The position numbers and the translations under genes were made by a program. DNA of 50,886 bases, taken from an uncultured Geobacter sp. (GTDB lineage: Bacteria; Desulfobacterota; Desulfuromonadia; Geobacterales; Pseudopelobacteraceae). Below the pieces are notes generated by a model that did no database searches, was not told the DNA's origin, and worked only from the letters and a program-made list of their open reading frames with translations. This document shows positions 30,352 to 37,516 of the stretch, piece by piece. The stretch spans positions 1-50,886 of the forward strand of contig CAZRKG010000005.1 of assembly GCA_964600635.1 (NCBI GenBank), read 5' to 3'. Position 1 is the stretch's first letter; every line of letters begins with the position of its first letter.

Positions 30352-30924
30352 ATGTGTAAATATCTGACAGATTCGCTTGAAATCAGTCTGCCGGAATGGG
30401 CCGTTAATCTGGCTGCACAAAAACAGTACTACCTGGATGATGCAGATAAAATGGGATTGGCCGTGGCACTGGCTGAAAGAAACATCAGGGCAGGTGGCGG
30501 CCCCTTTGGTGCAGCAGTTTTTGAGATTGGCAGTGGTAAGGTTATGGGTGTTGGGCTGAACCTGGTGGTTCCGGCGGGAAACTCAACCCTTCATGCCGAG
30601 ATGGTGGCGATCATGATGGCAGAGGCTGTGTTGGGCCGCCATAGTCTGTCAGAGGTGGGGCGGTACGAGCTGTTTACTTCCTGTGCCCCATGTGCCATGT
30701 GCCTGGGCGGAATTTTATGGGCCGGGGTTGAGCGGCTGGTCTGTGCAGCAGAGGCAGAGGATGCCAGGCAAATCGGCTTTGATGAAGGGCCGGTCTTTGA
30801 GGAGTCCTACGATTATCTGAAAGCAAGAGGTGTCACTGTGGTCAGGGGCTTTATGCGTGAAGCTGGCAGTGCTGTGTTGAGAAATTATGCAACACAGGGT
30901 GGACAGATCTATAATGGCCGCTAG
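30352..30924 (+). CDS. Zn-dependent nucleoside/guanine deaminase-family protein
   Basis: GGPFGA, HAE, PCAMC, GFDEG. Confidence 0.88.
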   Translation: MCKYLTDSLEISLPEWAVNLAAQKQYYLDDADKMGLAVALAERNIRAGGGPFGAAVFEIGSGKVMGVGLNLVVPAGNSTLHAEMVAIMMAEAVLGRHSLSEVGRYELFTSCAPCAMCLGGILWAGVERLVCAAEAEDARQIGFDEGPVFEESYDYLKARGVTVVRGFMREAGSAVLRNYATQGGQIYNGR

Positions 30925-30929
30925 TTTTA

Positions 30930-31052
30930 TTCCAATTCCATATCAAAGCGTCTTCTTCGTTGGTTTGTCATCGGCTTCTCAACGTACTACGTGTACGCCT
31001 TCGTCGCTGATCTCCTCGCCGCCTGGAATCCATCTTTGATCTGAAATCGGAA
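30930..31052 (+). mobile_element. 123-bp MITE-like repeat, copy 5
   Basis: TIRs present, flanked by TTA direct repeats (30927-30929, 31053-31055); 5 nt after the deaminase stop. Confidence 0.88.
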
Positions 31053-31216
31053 TTACATCGGTTTTGTGCAGTCTTTAAGCACTACAGTTAATGATAGCGG
31101 GTTTTTTGAAGAGGTTTTAAAAACGTCTGTTTTTGTATTTAATAATGTTTTTTACAGCTTTATTTGTTAACCTTACTGTAACATAATTAAATCACACGAA
31201 AAAAGGAGGACGAGCT

Positions 31217-31627
31217 ATGGCGAACTACAAGATTGAAGATCTGGAGGGGATCGGGCCGGTAATTGGTGAAAAAATGCGTAATGCAGGTGTTAAAGATACA
31301 GACACTCTGCTACAAAACACCTGTACTCCCAAGCAGCGTAAGGAGCTGGCAGAAAAAACAGGTCTTTCAACCAAACAGATACTGAAGTTTGCTAATATGG
31401 TTGATCTTTACCGGATTAACGGGGTTGGTTCCGAGTACTCTGAACTGCTGGAGGCAGCCGGAGTGGATACAGTGCCAGAGCTGGCCCAGCGTAATGCAGC
31501 CAACCTGACCAAGGCTATGGAAGAGGTTAATGAGCAGAAAAAGCTTACCCGTCGCGTACCCAGTGAAAAGGAAGTTATCAAGTGGATTGAACAGGCTAAA
31601 GAGCTGCCAAGGATGTTGCATTACTAA
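31217..31627 (+). CDS. DUF4332 helix-hairpin-helix protein
   Basis: IEDLEGIGP, DL.RI.GVG.EYSELLEAAGVDTV.ELAQRN; strong RBS. Confidence 0.88.
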   Translation: MANYKIEDLEGIGPVIGEKMRNAGVKDTDTLLQNTCTPKQRKELAEKTGLSTKQILKFANMVDLYRINGVGSEYSELLEAAGVDTVPELAQRNAANLTKAMEEVNEQKKLTRRVPSEKEVIKWIEQAKELPRMLHY

Positions 31628-31706
31628 ATCTGAACAGTGGTATCAGTCAGTCAAAAAGTTAATATCAAGCTTCTGGCAAAACAAGCCTGTATGTCTGTAG
31701 AAACAG

Positions 31707-31741
31707 ATAAAAGGGTCAGATGAATCATCTGACCCTTTTAT
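31707..31741. terminator. Bidirectional terminator between the DUF4332 gene and tRNA-Cys
   Basis: 16-bp perfect stem ataaaagggtcagatg-aat-catctgacccttttat. Confidence 0.85.
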
Positions 31742-31747
31742 TTTATC

Positions 31748-31822
<75 letters not shown>

Positions 31823-31847
31823 ATGCTTATATACTGCAAAGGAAAAA

Positions 31848-31877
31848 TATATACAGGTTTAAGTGGCACCTTGTCAA
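31848..31877 (-). promoter_or_regulatory. sigma70 promoter of tRNA-Cys
   Basis: TTGACA, 18 nt, TATATA on the minus strand, ~25 nt upstream of the tRNA. Confidence 0.6.
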
Positions 31878-31879
31878 GG

Positions 31880-32260
31880 CTATTTGAACTTGATTGCCAC
31901 TGCACCGGCTCTGTATCTGGTGGCCGGGAAAGATGGAAAAAAAGCGATATTGATCTGCTCACTGGATATTTCCGGCAGGATTAAAGCATCAGCTCCCAGC
32001 TTCGCCGCTTCTGTTTGCAGGGCATCAATGGCCCATTCATGCAGGTTAGGGTCCTGGCTCAGTTTATAATCGGTAAAATAAACTTCCCGTACAACCTGTA
32101 TTCTGGCAATTCTTTCATAGGGCTGCACCAGCTCATCCATTGCCATAACCGGTGGCGGTTCCGCAGGCAATGTACGCAGGTCAGGCACAGCAGCACAGGC
32201 AGTGGTGAGTATTGTCAGTAAAAAAACTATCAACAGTTTGCAATGTATGTGCAGCTTCAT
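31880..32260 (-). CDS. Lipoprotein, YbjQ-like fold
   Basis: Signal with lipobox TTAC; PYERIARI...ALQTEAAKLGADALI...AGAVAIKF pattern. Confidence 0.7.
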   Translation of the reverse strand: MKLHIHCKLLIVFLLTILTTACAAVPDLRTLPAEPPPVMAMDELVQPYERIARIQVVREVYFTDYKLSQDPNLHEWAIDALQTEAAKLGADALILPEISSEQINIAFFPSFPATRYRAGAVAIKFK

Positions 32261-32426
32261 GGAGTAGTTCCTCCGATAATGTAATATATTGGAAAGATTA
32301 TCAGTCTGTATGCAAACTGTCCAGTAATCAGCGAGCAATATTCAGACTGGACAGCTATTTAGCTGCATGTTAGAAAAATCGTGTCTGCTCTGGCAGGCAC
32401 AAAACCACTAAAAGGAGTAAGTCTGT

Positions 32427-33167
32427 ATGGCAGGCCATAGTAAATGGAATAACATCAAGCACAAAAAGGGAGCAGCCGATGCCAGACGCGGCAAGATTTT
32501 CACCAAGCTGATCAAGGAAATTTCCATCGCTGCCAAACTGGGCGGTGACGACATTTCCTCTAACCCACGTTTAAGAAGTGCCGTGGATAAGGCCAAGGGT
32601 GAAAACATGCCCAAAGATAATATTGAGCGGGCTATTAAAAAAGGCGTTGGTGGTATGGAGGGGGTCAACTACGAAGAGATTGTCTACGAAGGTTATGGCC
32701 CAGGTGGGGTGGCAGTGCTGGTGGAGGTTATGACTGATAACCGCAACCGCTCTGTTTCTGAGGTTCGCAGCATTTTTACAAAATGTAATGGCAATATGGG
32801 TGAAGCTGGCTGTGTGGCCTGGATGTTTGACAAAAAAGGGCTGCTTCTGTTTGATAAATCAGTGGATTTCGATGCCTTGTTTGAGGCTGCTCTTGAAGCC
32901 GGTGCTGAAGATGTTGAAGAAGTGGATGGCCAGATTGAGGTACGTACAGAACCTGCTGCCTTTATTGAGGTACGTGACAGCCTGGAATCCAGAGGTTTCA
33001 AGGCTGAAAGTGCCGAAGTTACCATGATTCCCCAGACCTCAGTGGCCCTGGAAGGAAAGCAGGCCGAGAGTATGCTTAAAATGATGGATCGGCTTGAAGA
33101 TTGTGATGATGTGCAGAACGTTTACGCCAACTTTGATATATCTGATGATGAACTGGATCTGCTCTGA
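32427..33167 (+). CDS. yebC: YebC/PmpR-family protein
   Basis: [36 protein letters not shown]. Confidence 0.97.
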   Translation: MAGHSKWNNIKHKKGAADARRGKIFTKLIKEISIAAKLGGDDISSNPRLRSAVDKAKGENMPKDNIERAIKKGVGGMEGVNYEEIVYEGYGPGGVAVLVEVMTDNRNRSVSEVRSIFTKCNGNMGEAGCVAWMFDKKGLLLFDKSVDFDALFEAALEAGAEDVEEVDGQIEVRTEPAAFIEVRDSLESRGFKAESAEVTMIPQTSVALEGKQAESMLKMMDRLEDCDDVQNVYANFDISDDELDLL

Positions 33168-33205
33168 TCCGGCGGGCTGCAAAGCCTGTTGATAGGGAGG
33201 CTGTC

Positions 33206-33676
33206 ATGGAAGAAAAGGCCACTTTTGCTGCTGGTTGTTTCTGGGGGGTTGAGGCGGAGTTTTATGATCAGGCAGGGGTGATCTCCACCAGGGTGGGCTA
33301 TACCGGTGGCAGGTTGGATAATCCCACCTATCAGCAGATCTGTAGCGATACCACCGGCCATGCCGAGGCGGTGGAGGTAATCTTTAACCCTCAAACTATC
33401 AGCTACAACCAGTTGTTGCAGATCTTCTGGAAATGCCACGATCCAACTCAACTGAATCGTCAGGGGCCGGATGTTGGCAGTCAGTACCGTTCTGCTATTT
33501 TCTGCCATACTGAAGAGCAGCGTCAGCAGGCTGAAGAATCGTTGGAAGCCTTGGACAGTTCCGGCAGATACCGTCGCAGCATCGCCACAGAGATTGTACC
33601 GGCCAGCACTTTCTGGCAGGCAGAAGACTATCACCAGAAGTATATCCAGAAAAACGGTGGCGGATGCGGGTTCTAG
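33206..33676 (+). CDS. msrA: Peptide methionine sulfoxide reductase A
   Basis: [38 protein letters not shown]. Confidence 0.96.
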   Translation: MEEKATFAAGCFWGVEAEFYDQAGVISTRVGYTGGRLDNPTYQQICSDTTGHAEAVEVIFNPQTISYNQLLQIFWKCHDPTQLNRQGPDVGSQYRSAIFCHTEEQRQQAEESLEALDSSGRYRRSIATEIVPASTFWQAEDYHQKYIQKNGGGCGF

Positions 33677-34206
33677 GGATTGACCCAGGTTCACGAATTA
33701 CAGGTTATGGTCTGGTGGAACAACGTGGCAGCCAACTGATCCATCTGGATAACGGCTGCATCTTCACCGACACAGCCGATGATTTTCCTGGCCGACTGAA
33801 ACTGATCTTTGCCGGCCTCAGTGATGTTATCGAACAATTTCAGCCCTCTGCTGTTGCCATTGAAGACCTGTTCTTTTCCGTCAACGTTCGCTCTGCACTT
33901 AAACTTGGTCAGGCCAGGGGAGCGGCCATTGCCGCTGCTGTCACAGCCGGATTGCCGGTCTTTGAGTACACGCCATCCCAGATAAAAAGTGCGGTGGTTG
34001 GGGAGGGGAAGGCAGCCAAAGAGCAGGTGCAGAAAATGCTGAAGGCCTTACTGGCCCTGCCGGAAGTAGCCCAGGCCGATGCCTCCGATGCCCTGGCAGT
34101 GGCTGTCTGCCATATCAATTCCTATCAGCTACGCTGTAAAACCGGCACCGCACAGGTGCCACGCCAAAGCAAAAAGACCCGTTCCTGGAGGGATTATCGT
34201 CCATGA
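33664..34206 (+). CDS. ruvC: Holliday junction resolvase
   Basis: [34 protein letters not shown]. Confidence 0.97.
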   Translation: MRVLGIDPGSRITGYGLVEQRGSQLIHLDNGCIFTDTADDFPGRLKLIFAGLSDVIEQFQPSAVAIEDLFFSVNVRSALKLGQARGAAIAAAVTAGLPVFEYTPSQIKSAVVGEGKAAKEQVQKMLKALLALPEVAQADASDALAVAVCHINSYQLRCKTGTAQVPRQSKKTRSWRDYRP

Positions 34207-34805
34207 TTGCACTTTTAAGCGGGCAGATCGCCCTGAAAACACCTGACCATCTGATTGTTGATGTCAACGGAGTGGGCTACAGGGTGATGATCCCCTTTTC
34301 CACCTATTACGAACTGCCGGAAGCAGGGCTGGTAACGCTGCATATCCATACCAGTGTGCGGGAGGATGCGATTCAGCTTTTCGGTTTTCGCACCATAGCG
34401 GAGAAAAACTTCTTCCAACTGCTGATTTCAGTCTCTGGCATCGGGCCAAAACTTGGGCGGGATATTCTTTCAAACATCCAGCCACCACAACTGGCAGCAG
34501 CCCTGATGCAGAGTGATCTGCATAAATTACAGGCCATTCCAGGTATTGGCAAAAAGACCGCTGAACGGCTGGTGCTGGAGTTGAAGGACAAGGCTGGCAA
34601 GCTGGATCTGGGGGCTGTAAGTGCAGAAGAGGCGGTGGGCAGGACAATACCTGCAAGCGGTCTGCTGGATGATGTTATCTCTGCCCTGCTTAACCTTGGC
34701 TACAAGGAAGCACAGGTACGCAAGGTACTGGTGGGCCTGGATGCGGCTGAAGCTATCACGGTAGAGCAGTTGCTGAAGCAGGCCCTGAAGGTGCTTATGA
34801 AGTAA
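34203..34805 (+). CDS. ruvA: Holliday junction branch migration protein
   Basis: [46 protein letters not shown]. Confidence 0.97.
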   Translation: MIALLSGQIALKTPDHLIVDVNGVGYRVMIPFSTYYELPEAGLVTLHIHTSVREDAIQLFGFRTIAEKNFFQLLISVSGIGPKLGRDILSNIQPPQLAAALMQSDLHKLQAIPGIGKKTAERLVLELKDKAGKLDLGAVSAEEAVGRTIPASGLLDDVISALLNLGYKEAQVRKVLVGLDAAEAITVEQLLKQALKVLMK

Positions 34806-34867
34806 AGTCTTCTGTCAGAATCTATAAATGTGTATTGGTTAAAGATGGCGGCTTGCTGAAAATTATC

Positions 34868-34907
34868 AGGGGCTATCCTGGCATGTTTCACGTTCAGGAT
34901 AGCCCCT
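34868..34907. terminator. Strong hairpin (bidirectional terminator) between ruvA and the accessory locus
   Basis: 13-bp perfect stem aggggctatcctg-14nt-caggatagcccct between convergent genes. Confidence 0.75.
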
Positions 34908-34947
34908 TAGTTTTATCAGCATTAAGCCGGTTTATGGATGAACTGCA

Positions 34948-36588
34948 TCAGATCAGATTGAAGTCCCTTATCATCTGCTTGAACTGGCTGATTACTTCAA
35001 CAGCTTCGGGTGTAATCGGCGTATCCTTAACATTTGTGATCGGTAAGTTATTCTGGGCAGTGAAATCGCCTACCACAAACCCGTTGGCCAGCATAGCATC
35101 TGCATCATCGGATAGTTCCAGATTATAAACCATCCCACTGTACTCACATTCATGTGCAAACCGGATTTTTTCAGTTGTGCCGTTGTATGTCAGTATGTGT
35201 ATACCTGGAGCCAGGTCAGCCGCCCTTTTAATCCCCTCCGTAGTATGTATCGGGTGGGTCCGGCTGGCCAGAAGTTCATGGCCTTCTTCAGTCAGAATAC
35301 GGATCATCATCTCTTCCAATCCTGAAAAAACATTGCATACCCTGGCACTACCGGCAGGTGTTTGCACCATCTCGCCTGGTGTGACAGCTTCCACCGGCTT
35401 AATAGTTCCATCGCACATGGTAATCAATGTGCCGGCAGCCAGGCATCCCCAGCGTATTGCCAGATAAGGTACATATACAGTGGTACCTTCCACCTTAAAA
35501 TGTGGCCTGCTCTTGTTGTCTGTACTATTTATGATTATTGAAATCAGTTCTGTATTTTGTGTCTTAGTATTTGTAACATTAAGGTAAAAGTAAACATGAA
35601 GCTTCTGCCTGCAATTGCTGCTATCATAAAGCGATAAATCAAGTGGGCAATTCCAGTTTTCTTTAAAACAGAATGTGCAACTTTTTTTATTATCGGCAAA
35701 TGTAAAAGCCTCACTAATTGAACTTTGTGGATAATTGTATGAAACAACAGGCTCACCAGCTCCCTCATATAGTAATTCTAATGTGTAGCCTACATCAGCA
35801 ACGCTATTTATCACATAATTATCTTTTACAATTATAGTTCCAGAAACAGGCACCAAAGTATTAACCCTGTTATTTCTGGCAATATTATTTGCCCATAAGT
35901 AATCCCAAGTTTGCTTCTCATCTTGAAACGGATCTCTTCCATAGAGCATAATAATGTTATTACTTTTTTGGGTATTAGTATAGATTGGTGCACTGATACT
36001 CAATTCTTTGACTATAGACGTTCCGCCGGAAACTACTACAGGCACTGTGCGTCTCTCTTCCAGACGTTCGATATGTCCCTGTGCATCAACAGCGTAGGCA
36101 TTGCCTGTACAGTGGTACGCCATATCGTTCATTCTGATCATATCTGGCATGTAGGCACTCAGTATACCATCAGCATCATAAAGGCTTTTCTGGTCTGTCA
36201 GCTCAAACTCATCGGCAAAGGAGTCATAAGGCTTGCCATTGTTGTCCTTCAGTTCTCCCTTCATAAAAATGTATTTCATGCCTTTCGGAAAATGACAGGT
36301 GGCCTGGCTGACCAGATCAAAAGCTGTGCCTGCCTTCAGGCTGTCTCCGGTTGATCTGTTGACAGCAGCCGGTATGATGCCGGGAGGGGCCAGACACAAC
36401 GTATTATTAAAGAGCGGATCAGTGTTAATTACCCTGTTCATGCTTTTAACCACGGCATTGAAGACAGCGGGGTATGTTTGCCTTACATGCTCTTCTCCGC
36501 CGAACTTGTCAAAAAAATCTTTACGGTGAGCTGGATTGGAGAAGTTGTGTTTCAGGCTTTGGTTAAGTACTGTTTCAGAGCTGTTCAT
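34948..36588 (-). CDS. Unknown beta-rich N-terminal region plus C-terminal Hint (intein/Hedgehog-like) autoprocessing domain
   Basis: G|CLAAGTLITMCDGTIKPVE (block A, Cys382), LLASRTHPI (block B), VYNLEL (block F), LANGFVVGD end, then a 38-aa tail. Start overlaps the upstream stop (ATGA). Confidence 0.85.
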   Translation of the reverse strand: MNSSETVLNQSLKHNFSNPAHRKDFFDKFGGEEHVRQTYPAVFNAVVKSMNRVINTDPLFNNTLCLAPPGIIPAAVNRSTGDSLKAGTAFDLVSQATCHFPKGMKYIFMKGELKDNNGKPYDSFADEFELTDQKSLYDADGILSAYMPDMIRMNDMAYHCTGNAYAVDAQGHIERLEERRTVPVVVSGGTSIVKELSISAPIYTNTQKSNNIIMLYGRDPFQDEKQTWDYLWANNIARNNRVNTLVPVSGTIIVKDNYVINSVADVGYTLELLYEGAGEPVVSYNYPQSSISEAFTFADNKKSCTFCFKENWNCPLDLSLYDSSNCRQKLHVYFYLNVTNTKTQNTELISIIINSTDNKSRPHFKVEGTTVYVPYLAIRWGCLAAGTLITMCDGTIKPVEAVTPGEMVQTPAGSARVCNVFSGLEEMMIRILTEEGHELLASRTHPIHTTEGIKRAADLAPGIHILTYNGTTEKIRFAHECEYSGMVYNLELSDDADAMLANGFVVGDFTAQNNLPITNVKDTPITPEAVEVISQFKQMIRDFNLI

Positions 36589-37340
36589 GACATGTCCTTT
36601 TTAGTTATTGCGTTAAGTGTTATTTCGCCCTTTTGCCCTTTAATTCCGTTTGAACCAAAACCACCATGATCCCCTCTTTTGCCTGGGGTATTTCCGCCGC
36701 CAGCGTGACCTTCTGCACCACCATCAGTACCAAGCCCGAAAGCTGATTCACCGGAAACAGCATTTATTCTACAGGGGTTATCATCGGTAATGTAGTAGGT
36801 AATGGTCGCATTTGGCCCTTTGCCTCCGTCTCCGCCGTTGCCTCCTTTACCACCATCTCCGGCATCACCTCCTGTTCCGGAATCATTGGCTTTGCCGTTA
36901 CCGCCATCCCCGCCGATTCCACCGTTGCCACCGCCGCCGCCTGCACCATAAACTGAAAAATTATCTGCAAGTTCAAAGATCGTTATCATAAGGCTTGGTC
37001 CGTCTGAACCTGGAAATCCATCACCGCCTTTTCCGCCGCTGGTGCCGCTCTCTCCTGCTTCTTTGCCGTCTTTACCACGTTTGCCTGGCTCGCCATCTTT
37101 TCCCTTGCGTCCTGTTATATAGAAATCATAGTCCGCATACCCTGCTTCGGGGGATGACTCATCTTCCGGTTCTGCCCTGTCCAGTTTATCAATGGTTATG
37201 TCCATGTTGGACTGAATTTCCACGTATGCCCCTTTTTCTACACACATGGTTCCGAAACAGTTTGGCGAGGCTGTTGAGCTGAGAATAAGCGGGGCACCTC
37301 TTCTTACGACAACATTTACTTTTCCTTGTTTTACATTCAT
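36585..37340 (-). CDS. Glycine-rich repeat protein (Gxx and GGxGGxGG tracts)
   Basis: GRKGKDGEPGKRGKDG, GGNGGIGGDGGNG, GGDAGDGGKGGNGGDGGKG separated by short beta-type segments. RBS ggagg; no signal peptide. Confidence 0.8.
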   Translation of the reverse strand: MNVKQGKVNVVVRRGAPLILSSTASPNCFGTMCVEKGAYVEIQSNMDITIDKLDRAEPEDESSPEAGYADYDFYITGRKGKDGEPGKRGKDGKEAGESGTSGGKGGDGFPGSDGPSLMITIFELADNFSVYGAGGGGGNGGIGGDGGNGKANDSGTGGDAGDGGKGGNGGDGGKGPNATITYYITDDNPCRINAVSGESAFGLGTDGGAEGHAGGGNTPGKRGDHGGFGSNGIKGQKGEITLNAITKKDMS

Positions 37341-37516
37341 TGCTTAACCTCCCTGGTATCTGTGCTGCTGCAAGCGGGTTTGTACGTACACCCATCCAAA
37401 TCCGGCGATTCCGAATCCACCACATCTGCCGATGGTTGTGTCTGACCTGAACATCCCCGGAGTTATGTCAATTTCATATCCTCTAATATCAGATTAAATA
37501 TCTTGAAGCTGAATGC

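Noticed and set aside
1746-31052. 123-bp repeats as a CRISPR array or integron attC sites
   Set aside because: Copies are dispersed kilobases apart beside core genes, with no spacers, no cas or intI gene, and no RYYYAAC/GTTRRRY ends.
33227-33250. Selenocysteine MsrA
   Set aside because: The catalytic codon is TGT (Cys); there is no in-frame TGA.
35065-35445. Canonical intein or homing endonuclease insertion
   Set aside because: Only ~127 aa, no LAGLIDADG/HNH region, no terminal HN plus nucleophile, and not inserted in a conserved host gene.
36585-37340. True collagen triple-helix protein
   Set aside because: Uninterrupted Gly-X-Y runs are only about 5-6 triplets; most of the tract is GGx-type.
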